In this document: piece after piece, positions 1 to 8,662 of the stretch
Layout of the letters: each line of letters opens with the position of its first letter
How positions within the stretch are numbered: the first letter of the stretch is position 1
DNA from: Acidobacteriota bacterium
GTDB taxonomy: Bacteria; Acidobacteriota; UBA890; WLXD01
Length of the DNA stretch: 64,000 nucleotides
Reading direction: 5' to 3'
Assembly: GCA_963666055.2 (NCBI GenBank)
Contig: CAXWPH010000015.1
Coordinates: 640,001-704,000 of the forward strand
Position numbers and translations under genes: made by a program
The notes under the pieces: model-generated
What the model saw: only the letters and a program-made list of their open reading frames with translations
The model's database searches: none
What the model was told of the DNA's origin: nothing

Positions 1-334
1 TCATGCCCATCAGCCGGAAGTCGGCGCCCGCGGCGGTGGTGCGCGACGCCAAGTGCATCAAGTACTCGTGTGAGACATCGCTGTAGGCGAACACGGCCTC
101 GTCGATGTCGTGCTCGCGGATCAGCGCCTCGAACTCGTCCTCGGCGCGAATCGGAATCCCCTCGGGGTAAAGATCGCCAGCCAATTCGGCCGGGTAGGTG
201 CGGCCATCGATATCGGGGATCTGGGTGGCTGTGAACGCCACGACTTCGTAGCCGTCGTTGCCGCGAAAGTAGGTGTTGAAGTTGTGAAAATCGCGGCCGG
301 CGGCACCCAGAATGATGACGCGCTTGCGAGACAT
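1..334 (-). CDS. COG2403 P-loop protein (cyclic 2,3-diphosphoglycerate synthetase-like / arginine synthetase ArcE-like), 5' part; runs off the window
   Basis: Manual translation from ATG 334 (GAGGAG RBS upstream): MSRKRVIILGAAGRDFHNFNTYFRGNDGYEVVAFTATQIPDIDGRTYPAELAGDLYPEGIPI..., the characteristic N-terminus of this family. Not in the ORF track. Confidence 0.85.
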   Translation of the reverse strand, partial: MSRKRVIILGAAGRDFHNFNTYFRGNDGYEVVAFTATQIPDIDGRTYPAELAGDLYPEGIPIRAEDEFEALIREHDIDEAVFAYSDVSHEYLMHLASRTTAAGADFRLMGM

Positions 335-444
335 ACGGCTCTCCTCAGATGTCGTGCTTGGAAGACCGAAAGACGAAGAGCGGCAAGGCTATCCGGCCGA
401 CGTCGGGGAGGCAAATCCAACCCCGGCCCGTACCCGAGGCGGAG

Positions 445-1596
445 CTATCCAGTCACCAGGTCCATCGGCAGTCGGCCGAAACGCTCATTGCCAGCCTCGG
501 TTACCAGGAACGTCTCGCCCAGGGTCATCGCCTGCCCCTTGTCGCTGTCCATCAGGATCATGTGTATGAAGAACACCTGCCCCGGGGCGACCACCACCTG
601 ATTGCCGCGATACAACATCGGCCAGTCCATCCAGTTCGGCGCGAAAGTCGTACCCAACGAATACCCGCAGGCGTTGAGTCGTGCGTGCCCGTAGCCTCGT
701 TCGTCCATGACGCGAGCATGGGCATCGAACACTTCGCCGAGCGTGCTGCCCGGCACCAACACGTCGACACAGGCCGCTAGCGCCTCCGCGCACACGCCAT
801 GCATCGCCACATGCTGCGGCAGTGCCCTTCCGATCGGGATCGTGCGCATCAACGCCGAGTGGTAATGGCGGTACACGCCAGCGAACTCCAAGGTGAGCTG
901 ATCCTCGGAATCGAGCTTCCGCCGGCCTGAGAAATACCGACAGAGCAATGCATCCCGACCCGAGCCGATGATGAAGTCGTTGGCGGGATAGTCGCCGCCG
1001 CCGCGGAACACCGCCCCCTGCATGGCGGCGAGAATCTCCGCCTCATCGGCCCCGGGATGGGCCAGTTCCCATGCCGCTTCTAGTGCGTCGTCGGCTAGCG
1101 CGGCCGCCCTCCGGACGTGCTCGATCTCCGCCGGAGACTTCACGAGCCGCAGCTCCGACACGATCTCGGAACAGTCGTCCAGCGAGGCGAAGCCCTGCAG
1201 CGCCGAGTTGAGCCGCAGCGCGTTACGCCCGGTGAGCCCGTAGGCTTCGTACTCCACCCCGAGAAGAGTCCCGGCGAGGCCGAGCTCGTCTAGCAGGTCG
1301 CGCAGCGCATCCGCCGGGCTGGCCTCGTCACGATCCACCCAGATCCTGATGTCCTCGATGTTCGAGGTGTTCTGCGCCTGGCGAAGGTCGGGCGCTCGGG
1401 TGATCAACGCTACGCGGCCGTCAGCGGTGAGCGCGAGACATTGAAAGAACACGTAGCCGAACGTGTCGTAGCCGGTGAGCCAGAACATCGACTCCTGGCG
1501 GAACATCAGCAGCCCATCCAGGCCAACGTCCTGCATCCGCCCGGTCAACGCCGCGCGGCGGGTCTCGAGCTCCGCGGTCGTGAAGTGCAGTGCCAT
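445..1596 (-). CDS. M24 Xaa-Pro peptidase/creatinase family protein (ectoine hydrolase DoeA/EutD-like)
   Basis: Creatinase N-domain (QESMFWLTGYDTFGY), RLVKSPAEI, and a pita-bread domain (YHSALMRT, GYSLG, LGETFLVT). Confidence 0.8.
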   Translation of the reverse strand: MALHFTTAELETRRAALTGRMQDVGLDGLLMFRQESMFWLTGYDTFGYVFFQCLALTADGRVALITRAPDLRQAQNTSNIEDIRIWVDRDEASPADALRDLLDELGLAGTLLGVEYEAYGLTGRNALRLNSALQGFASLDDCSEIVSELRLVKSPAEIEHVRRAAALADDALEAAWELAHPGADEAEILAAMQGAVFRGGGDYPANDFIIGSGRDALLCRYFSGRRKLDSEDQLTLEFAGVYRHYHSALMRTIPIGRALPQHVAMHGVCAEALAACVDVLVPGSTLGEVFDAHARVMDERGYGHARLNACGYSLGTTFAPNWMDWPMLYRGNQVVVAPGQVFFIHMILMDSDKGQAMTLGETFLVTEAGNERFGRLPMDLVTG

Positions 1597-1643
1597 GATC
1601 AGTCAGTCGGCAGCTGCGCGGCGTGTCGCCAACAAGGCAACCA

Positions 1644-4067
1644 CTACGACTGCGGCCGCCGGATCTCGAATCCCCCCGGCGGCTCCTGGCCCAGCAAGTG
1701 CTCCACGAAATAATCCCAGGTGCGCCGAATCACGTAAGGCTCGCTGGCATAGCCGTGATTGCGGTTCGGCATCACCAGCATGTCGAAGTCCTTGTTGTGC
1801 TTGATGAGCTCATCTACCAGCAGCAACGTCGCGTTGGGGTGCACGTTGTCGTCGAGAGAGCCATAGGTGAGCAGCAGCTTGCCTTCCAGCTTCTCGGCCA
1901 TCAGGTGGTTGGCCTGAGCGTCGAAATTGTCGCCGCCGCCGGGAAGCTCCTCCAGCAGGCCGTGATACTTCTCTCCCCAACCCCAGGAGTAGCTTCGCTG
2001 GTCGTGGTTGCCGGCACCCGAAACCGCAACCTTGTAGAAGTCGGGGAATCGCAGGATGGCGTCGGTAGAGGAGAATCCGCCGCCGGAGTGACCATAGATG
2101 CCCACCCGGTCGAGATCGATCTGTGGGTGCCGCACGGCGAGCTGTTTGATCGCTTCTATGTGGTCGGGCAGCCCATTGTCGCGCATGTCGCCGTAGTAGG
2201 CATCGTGGAACGACTTGGAGCGGAACGGTGTGCCAGTGGCGTCGATCTGAAAGACGATGAATCCGACTTCGGCGAGAGCTTGGGCGAAGCCGCGCGGATT
2301 GGCGGTGAAGCCGCGCTCTCCGACGGCGCCAATCTGCGGGCCCGGATAGATGTAGTCGATGAGCGCGTAGCTCGCCTCGGCGTCGAAGTCGGAAGGAAAG
2401 TAGAGAAAGCCGTACAGGTCGGTCACGTTGTCGCGTGCTTTCACTTTGAAGGGCACCGCCGGGTGCCAGCCGGTTGCTTCGAGCGCCGTTATATCTGCCT
2501 CTTCCAGGGTACGCAGGACCTGCCCGTCGGCACGCCGCAGCACGGTTACCGGCGCAGTGTTGCGCATCGAGTAGGTGTCGACCACGAAGTTGCCCGACTT
2601 TGGCATGCCGATGGCGTGGTGCGCGTCCTCGGCGGTGATGCGCTGTAGCTGCGACCCGTCGATCTGGGCTCGGTACAGCTGCGCAGCGTACGGGTAGAGA
2701 CCTGGCTCTTTGCCGTAGGCTTCGAAGTACAGCCACCCGTCGTCGGCCAGGTGGTGGATTCGCGCCGCTACCCAAGCACCGCTAGTGACCTGGTTGATCA
2801 GCCCTTCACCGGAGCCATCGAACCGGTACATATGACCCCAACCGCTTCGCTGCGACCACCACACCACCTGCTCGCCGTTGCCCACCACGCGCCAATCGCC
2901 GCCGTCGGGACTGAACGAGATATTGAGGTCGACGAACGTATCGGCGGTCTCCTCGAGCACCACGCGGCTGGCCCCCGTTGCCGGATCGGCGCCATACAGC
3001 GTGATTCGCTGATGGCCGCGGTGCTCGCGCGGGAAGAAGACCTTGCTGCTATCCGCCGCCCAGCGCATCTCCACCTCACGGGGCCAGTGCTCCTCGATGG
3101 GTGGGCTTTCCAGCTCCACGCCAATACGCGAGACCACATCAAATACCCATGCTCGGTAGGTCGGGACAATCTCGTCTCCAGGAAGCGCGTAGCGATAACT
3201 GTGCAGGATGGGTCGCCCCAGATGCGTCTCGATCAGGTGCATCTGACCGACATCGCGCTCGTCGAGTCGCGTGGTGGCGATCCTGGTGGAGTCAGGCGAC
3301 CAAAACACCACCGGAGGTAGCTTCGTCGCGCGTCGACGGGAGGTGATCTCCGAGCAACAGCCCTCGGCAATCTGACCATAGCCGTAGTGCGGTTCGCCGT
3401 CCTCGCTGAGCTGGGTCTCCGCGCCCGACTCCAGCTCGCGCACCCACAGGTTCTCGTCGCGCGTGAAGGCGGCCCAGCGTTTGTCGGGCGAACGAACCTC
3501 GTCTTCGGGGTCGGCCGCAACGTCCTCCGGGCCGGAACACTCGTAGCTCGTCAGGTCACAGGTCCAGCGGCGCTCCGGAGGACTCGTGTCGGCACCCTCC
3601 GCGGTCGCCTCGTCGCCGATCCCGCTATCGGACGCTTCTTCCCCTTCCGGCCGCTCGAGCACCTCCCAGAAGCGCAGCATCCGGGCGTCGTCGAGCAGCT
3701 CGATGCTTTCGAACGGCAGTTGATAGGGATCGTACGCGTGTCCGGAGTTCGCCGAGAGGGTGGCGGCCAACCGCACATGGTCAAAGGCGGAGCGCTGTTG
3801 GTTGGCCCCTGGATCGACGTAGACAAACTGGTCGCCGCTCGGTATCTGTTTGCGGTACCAGAAGCGGTCGGTGTCGTCGATCCACTGGGGCGACACCGGG
3901 TAGTTGTAGACGAGCTTCGTGGCGTTCCAGCCCAGCATACGCTCGGCGCGCGCATAGTCCGCACGGGTGACCGAGTCGGCGGCTCCCTGTCCGGCACCCA
4001 GAAGCACGGCCAGCATGACCAGGGCGATTGCCTTCCGACCTGCGCCCTCCGCGCATCGTGGGCTCAT
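1644..4067 (-). CDS. Exported S9 dipeptidyl peptidase IV family protein
   Basis: Signal peptide, DPPIV-N propeller (WSPDS, SGWGHMY), catalytic GHSGGG / DDNVH / NRNHGY. Start moved to ATG 4067 (GGAGG RBS). Confidence 0.9.
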   Translation of the reverse strand: MSPRCAEGAGRKAIALVMLAVLLGAGQGAADSVTRADYARAERMLGWNATKLVYNYPVSPQWIDDTDRFWYRKQIPSGDQFVYVDPGANQQRSAFDHVRLAATLSANSGHAYDPYQLPFESIELLDDARMLRFWEVLERPEGEEASDSGIGDEATAEGADTSPPERRWTCDLTSYECSGPEDVAADPEDEVRSPDKRWAAFTRDENLWVRELESGAETQLSEDGEPHYGYGQIAEGCCSEITSRRRATKLPPVVFWSPDSTRIATTRLDERDVGQMHLIETHLGRPILHSYRYALPGDEIVPTYRAWVFDVVSRIGVELESPPIEEHWPREVEMRWAADSSKVFFPREHRGHQRITLYGADPATGASRVVLEETADTFVDLNISFSPDGGDWRVVGNGEQVVWWSQRSGWGHMYRFDGSGEGLINQVTSGAWVAARIHHLADDGWLYFEAYGKEPGLYPYAAQLYRAQIDGSQLQRITAEDAHHAIGMPKSGNFVVDTYSMRNTAPVTVLRRADGQVLRTLEEADITALEATGWHPAVPFKVKARDNVTDLYGFLYFPSDFDAEASYALIDYIYPGPQIGAVGERGFTANPRGFAQALAEVGFIVFQIDATGTPFRSKSFHDAYYGDMRDNGLPDHIEAIKQLAVRHPQIDLDRVGIYGHSGGGFSSTDAILRFPDFYKVAVSGAGNHDQRSYSWGWGEKYHGLLEELPGGGDNFDAQANHLMAEKLEGKLLLTYGSLDDNVHPNATLLLVDELIKHNKDFDMLVMPNRNHGYASEPYVIRRTWDYFVEHLLGQEPPGGFEIRRPQS

Positions 4068-4186
4068 CACCGCCTCCAGGTTGGTTGCCAGACGGGGTCT
4101 GGGTGATCGGGGCGCTCGCCGCGGGCGCGGCAGGAGCATCCGGGTGCGTGGTGCCGTACTTTATGTGAATGGCATGGTGCGCGCCA

Positions 4187-4213
4187 TGTCCTATTCAGCC
4201 GGCGCTAACCGTC
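4187..4213 (+). promoter_or_regulatory. Putative ECF42-type promoter
   Basis: TGTC-N19-CGTC about 50 bp upstream of the YCII/DGPF-family gene, resembling the TGTCGA...CGTC ECF42 promoter. A cognate-type sigma factor lies next door. Confidence 0.45.
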
Positions 4214-4264
4214 ATCCAAGTATGAGATCAGATCCCACCGGATCGACACCGAAGGAGGTCAGGA

Positions 4265-4630
4265 ATGGCTGACTACTTGTTGCTCTACCAAGGCGGCGAC
4301 CCCAACTGGCGGGACCAGCGAACAGCGGAGCAGATGCAGGCGGTGATGCAGGAATGGGGCGCCTGGTTCAAGGAGCTGGAGGCCTCTGGGCAGCTGCGTA
4401 ATCCGGGGGCGCCGCTGCTGCCGGAAGGCATCGCCCTGAGGCGCGACGGCGATGGGTTCGCCACCGACACCACGATGGCCGAGGTGAAGGAGCTGATCGG
4501 CGGCTACTCGGTCATCACCGCCAACTCCCTCGAGGAGGCCTCCTCGTTGGCCCAGGGCTGCCCGTTCCTCAACTACCATCCCGAAGGCGCCGTGCTGGTC
4601 AGGCCGGTAATGTCGATACCCGAGGGCTAG
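4265..4630 (+). CDS. YCII-related (DGPF-like) protein
   Basis: YLLLY...W.AWF..L...G.L...GAPL and KELIGGYSVITANSLEEA...AQGCP...VLVRPV. The TAG stop lies within the CTAG of a repeat element. Confidence 0.85.
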   Translation: MADYLLLYQGGDPNWRDQRTAEQMQAVMQEWGAWFKELEASGQLRNPGAPLLPEGIALRRDGDGFATDTTMAEVKELIGGYSVITANSLEEASSLAQGCPFLNYHPEGAVLVRPVMSIPEG

Positions 4631-4899
4631 CAGGCCGTAGTGTGGCGGGCCTGGATACGGCGAGCTGGGGCCGGATACAAGGCGGCCTGACACAGGCGAT
4701 GCCCTAGCCATCGTCGAAGAAGGCCAACGCCGCAGATGGCCCCAAATCGCCGTAACCCTTCGGGCGACAGGGGGTTGCGCGCCTATGCTGCGTCGTTCCT
4801 CGTCAACGATGGGGGTTCCATCGCCTTCTCCTCTCTCCTTGCCTCCCCCTCGCAAGACCCTGTCGCCAGACCCACCATACTTTCACCACGGCCTGCTAG
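4627..4899. mobile_element. CTAG-flanked MITE-like element, copy 1 (273 bp)
   Basis: CTAG at both ends, TIRs CTAGCAGGCCGT.../...ACGGCCTGCTAG (left TIR has a 6-bp deletion). Homologous to 40348-40625 and 42748-43160. Confidence 0.9.
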
Positions 4900-6179
4900 T
4901 CTCCACTGCCGGCGCGTCGCACCTGCTGGGCGATGAACTCGCGCTCGTGCTCGGTGCGCGCCTGCGACAACGCCTGGTCCAAGAACGCGTCGGCCGGCTG
5001 CTGGTAGCCGGCTCGCGCGTACAGGTTGGCGAGAACGGCGGCAACCGCATGGCTATGCGTCAACTTGCCTTCCTCGCGAATAGAGTCGACCAGCGGAATC
5101 GCTGCCTCTGGCCCGTCTCGGTACGAGATCGCCACCGCCCGGTTCAGCTCCACCACCGGCGATGGCGCAGCCTCCCGCAACCGGTCGTACAAACGACAGA
5201 TCGACTTCCAGTCGGTCTCTGCGAACGTTGGCGCCGAGCAATGGCGTGCCGCGACCGCCGCTTCGAGATGAAAGCGGCTGGCAGCAACCGCTTCCATGGC
5301 CGAGGCTCGGGCGAGATCGTCATATCCGAGGCGAATCAACTCCTGGTCCCACAGCGATCGGTCCTGCTGATCCAGTGGAACCAGGCGTCCAGCCTCATCG
5401 AGCCGCGATCGCAGCCGAGCCGTGTTGAACCGCATGATCGCAAGAAGAGCGATTGTGTCGCTGCTGGCGAGCCCAGGAGTCTCCGCTAGCAGGAGCGTCA
5501 GCTCCAGCGCGTCGTGACAAAGCTCCTTGAGAATCGGCTGATCGCTGGTCGACAGGTACCCCTCGTTGAACAGCAGATACAGCGAGGTGTGGACGGTGGC
5601 CAGCGCCCCTGCCCGGTCTTTCTCTGTTGGAATGACGAACTCCAGGCTTCGTACCTGACGCCGCGTTCGGTACAGACGCTTGTTGATGGTCGACTCGGTG
5701 GTGAGCGGGGCGCGCGCGATCGCCGGGACGCTCAGCCCGCACAGAGTCTTGAGGATGAGCGTGGTGCGGTTCTCGGGGGTTAGCGACTGATGACAGCACA
5801 TGAAGATCATGCGCAGCTGGTCATCGCGAATGCCTTGCTCTTCGAAGGCCTCGTCGACCGTTGGCGACAGCGTCCACTCGCTGTCGAGGTAGACGGCCAG
5901 GTCGTTGGCGAAGGTGCGCCGCGTGCGCTCGCGTCGAATCACGTCGATGGCGCGATTACGAGCGGTCGTCAACAACCAGGCACTCGGGTTGTCCGGAATT
6001 CCCTTGCGCGCCCAGCTGTCCATGGCGCGCACGAACGACTCCTGAACGACATCCTCTGCCAGATCGAGGTTGTGCGAGCCGAGGATGCGCGTCAGCACCG
6101 AAATCAGGCGGCGCGACTCGCGCCGGAACAGCATCTCGATCTCGTCATTCGGTGCCGCGCTAGTATCTGGTGCTTCCAT
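4896..6179 (-). CDS. ECF sigma-70 factor with C-terminal TPR-like extension (ECF42-like)
   Basis: AEDVVQESF...PDNPSAWLLTTARNRAID, DDQLRMIFMCCH, YLLFNEGY, QDRSLWD, ELNRAVA motifs. Confidence 0.9.
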   Translation of the reverse strand: MEAPDTSAAPNDEIEMLFRRESRRLISVLTRILGSHNLDLAEDVVQESFVRAMDSWARKGIPDNPSAWLLTTARNRAIDVIRRERTRRTFANDLAVYLDSEWTLSPTVDEAFEEQGIRDDQLRMIFMCCHQSLTPENRTTLILKTLCGLSVPAIARAPLTTESTINKRLYRTRRQVRSLEFVIPTEKDRAGALATVHTSLYLLFNEGYLSTSDQPILKELCHDALELTLLLAETPGLASSDTIALLAIMRFNTARLRSRLDEAGRLVPLDQQDRSLWDQELIRLGYDDLARASAMEAVAASRFHLEAAVAARHCSAPTFAETDWKSICRLYDRLREAAPSPVVELNRAVAISYRDGPEAAIPLVDSIREEGKLTHSHAVAAVLANLYARAGYQQPADAFLDQALSQARTEHEREFIAQQVRRAGSGD

Positions 6180-6281
6180 AACCTCTCAGACTCTGCGATC
6201 GGCACGCGCGTGTCTAACGAGCCGACATGGAGTTGATGCTGTGAAACACACTCGACCGGGCGCGCCAGGGTACGGCCTTCA

Positions 6282-6935
6282 ATGACCAGTGGCCTTCCGC
6301 TGCACGAGTCACTGTGGCAGCAGAACCTCGACCTCGCTCGAGCGTGTCGCAGCCATCCGTTCATTCGCGGCCTCGCCGATGGCACGCTCGACCCCCAAGT
6401 CTTCCGGCGCTACGTTGCCCAGGACGCGTTCTTTCTGCGCGCCTTCATGGGTGCCTACGCACTCGCGGCCGCCAAGTGCTCACACCAGCTCGAGCTCGTG
6501 CGCCGCTTCCATCGCCTCATGGGCGGGGTCCTCGACGAGCTAGAGTTGCACGCCAGCTTCGCCGAGGCACTCAGCATCGACCTTGATGCTGTGGAGCCAT
6601 CGCCCGCGGCCTCAGCGTACACGGATTTTCTGACGCGCACCGCATGGACCGACGCGGTGGACGAGATCGTCGCCGCGATGACGCCCTGCATGCGCCTCTA
6701 CCGCTACCTGGGTCAGGAGATGGCAGGCGCCGACCACGCCAACAACCCGTATCGAGATTGGGTGGAGACCTACTCCAGCACCGGGTTCGGCGAGCTGGTC
6801 AAAGACCTGGAGGCGATCGTCGACGAGCTCGGCGTCGACAACAACGCGGTCCGACGCAACTATCGGTACGCGATGAGGTGCGAGCTGGATTTCTTTTCCG
6901 ACCCGCTCCGGGCCGCCACCGACGAGGGCACCTGA
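6282..6935 (+). CDS. TenA/THI-4 family protein (thiaminase II-like)
   Basis: HPFIRGLADGTL, FRRYVAQDAFFL, AMTPCMRLY (catalytic Cys), YRDWVETYSS, ELDFF. Confidence 0.9.
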   Translation: MTSGLPLHESLWQQNLDLARACRSHPFIRGLADGTLDPQVFRRYVAQDAFFLRAFMGAYALAAAKCSHQLELVRRFHRLMGGVLDELELHASFAEALSIDLDAVEPSPAASAYTDFLTRTAWTDAVDEIVAAMTPCMRLYRYLGQEMAGADHANNPYRDWVETYSSTGFGELVKDLEAIVDELGVDNNAVRRNYRYAMRCELDFFSDPLRAATDEGT

Positions 6936-6970
6936 CAGCAACATACCTGCTGGGGCCATCGCTCGTGCGG

Positions 6971-8152
6971 CTATTCTTCGACAGGCTCCAACCGGTACAC
7001 CGGAGTCAGGTCGTCCCTTTCCTCGCCGTCGATGGCGACGTAAATATAGCCATCCGGCCCCTGGCGAACGTCGCGGACGCGACCCATCCCGAACATCAGC
7101 GTCTCCTCGAGATCGATGCTCTGGCCGTTCAGTGTCAACCGTGCCAGTTGCTCCCCCGACAGACCGCCGGCGAACATGCTGCCGCGCCAGTCCGGAAACC
7201 GGTCACCGGTGTAGATCATCTGGCCTGACGCCCCGATCGACGGAACCCAGACATGCGCCGGGTGTTGTACCCCTTCTCGCATCGTCCCCTCGTGGATCGC
7301 CAGGCCGCTCCCGTAGTTCACGCCGTAGCCGACCACCGGCCATCCGTAGTTCTCTCCCGGAAGCACGAGGTTGACCTCGTCGCCACCCTGCGGTCCGTGC
7401 TCAGTGATCCACACGTCGCCGGTGTCCGGGTCGATCACCAGGCCCTGGGGGTTGCGATGCCCGTAGCTCCAGATCTCCGGCCTCGCCCCCTCCTGGCCGA
7501 CGAACGGGTTGTTGTCGGGCACGCGGCCATCGTCGTGGAGCCGGTTCGTCGTCCCATGGTTGTTGGAGATGTCCTGGGCGGGGTGAGCCTCGAGGTCGCC
7601 GGTCGATGGAACCTGGCGATCGCCGACGGTGATGAAGAGGTAGCCGCCCGCATCGAATGCCAGGCGGCAACCATAATGGCCCCGGCCTCTGGTGTCGGCC
7701 TCGAAGATCTCCTCGACGTCGGTGAGGCGGTCGTTCTCGAAGCGGCCGCGAACCACGGCGCTGGTGGCCTCCGAGCCATCACCGATCGGCTTGGAGTAAC
7801 TCAAGTACAGCAGTCGGTTGGAGGCGAAGTCGGGATGCGGCACGACGTCCATTAGGCCGCCCTGCCCCTCGTAGTGGACCTCCGGGACACCGGCTACCGG
7901 GTCGGCGACGAGCGCTCCATCGCGGACGATGCGCAGGCGGCCAGCCTGCTCGGTGACCAGCATGTCGCCACCGGGGAGGAAGGCAATCGACCAGGGGTGC
8001 TCGAGCGCCTCGACTACGGTCACCACTCGGTAATCGTGGTAGGCGGACCGCATTACCGGCGACTCACCGGATGCCTGCGGTGGATTGGCGACAAGCGGCC
8101 CCCAAACCGAAAGCACCAACGCGGCGGCTACCGCGACGCGAATACGGACCAT
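6971..8152 (-). CDS. PQQ-dependent soluble aldose sugar dehydrogenase (YliI/GSDH family), exported
   Basis: LEHPWSIAFLPGG, GQGGLMDV..HPDF, HYGCRLAF, SYGHRNPQG, EHGPQGGDEVN, GRVRDVRQGPDG. Confidence 0.92.
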   Translation of the reverse strand: MVRIRVAVAAALVLSVWGPLVANPPQASGESPVMRSAYHDYRVVTVVEALEHPWSIAFLPGGDMLVTEQAGRLRIVRDGALVADPVAGVPEVHYEGQGGLMDVVPHPDFASNRLLYLSYSKPIGDGSEATSAVVRGRFENDRLTDVEEIFEADTRGRGHYGCRLAFDAGGYLFITVGDRQVPSTGDLEAHPAQDISNNHGTTNRLHDDGRVPDNNPFVGQEGARPEIWSYGHRNPQGLVIDPDTGDVWITEHGPQGGDEVNLVLPGENYGWPVVGYGVNYGSGLAIHEGTMREGVQHPAHVWVPSIGASGQMIYTGDRFPDWRGSMFAGGLSGEQLARLTLNGQSIDLEETLMFGMGRVRDVRQGPDGYIYVAIDGEERDDLTPVYRLEPVEE

Positions 8153-8378
8153 CTCAGTTCTCCTCAATCGAGAGTGTCATGCTGCGATACCGAAAGGACC
8201 GTCGCGGCGAGTCGGCTCGACTCACCCAGAGGGTTGCCTGTCTCTTCTAACCCTAGAGGGTTCCGTAGAAGCCTGCTGCCTTCTATGGGAGATTCTCGTA
8301 GTCGCATCGGAAAATCGAGACAATCGGAGTTTGCATGTTGCACGAGACAAGGGTGATCTGATCTCCGGGAGCGTGGTC

Positions 8379-8640
8379 ATGAGCAAACCGGTACGGCAGT
8401 TCAACGGCAGGCGCACACACCCGCGCGTTGCAGCCGCGATCCGAATCGAGGTGGTTCCGGACCGCTCTTCAGAGATCATTCGCGGCGTTACCCTGAACCT
8501 AGCAGGCCGCAAGGGCGTTCGCTTAGGATCCCCGGTCAGACGGTGCACGGGCGCGTGACGCGTGTGTTGGAGCGGCTCACCGCGGCGGTAGAGTTCGCCA
8601 GCTTGCTCATCGTCATCGACCAGTCGCGCGAGCCCCTGCC
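8379..8640 (+). pseudogene. Probable disrupted PilZ-domain gene
   Basis: MSKPVRQFNGRRTHPR...GVTLNL (RxxxR plus a partial NxSxxG), then VHGRVTRV...AAVEF in a different frame. The break coincides with CTAGCAGGCCG. The 3' boundary is approximate. Confidence 0.45.
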
Positions 8641-8662
8641 GCGCCGACCCTCGCGGACACGC

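Noticed and set aside
4736-4936. Short ORFs recurring across element copies (e.g. PPHFHHGLL and RAYAASFLVNDG peptides; also near 40083-40625 and 42738-43242)
   Set aside because: Their starts, lengths and frames differ between copies; the similarity comes from the DNA repeat, not from a conserved protein or transposase.
6180-6281. TPP riboswitch upstream of the TenA-family gene
   Set aside because: No CTGAGA...CCTGA...GCGTAGG core on the coding strand; a lone CTGAGA on the opposite strand is insufficient.
8253-8301. CTAG followed by an imperfect hairpin (TCCGTAGAAG/CTTCTATGGG) as another mini-element
   Set aside because: Single occurrence, no second CTAG and no similarity to the family TIRs; it could be an ordinary hairpin.
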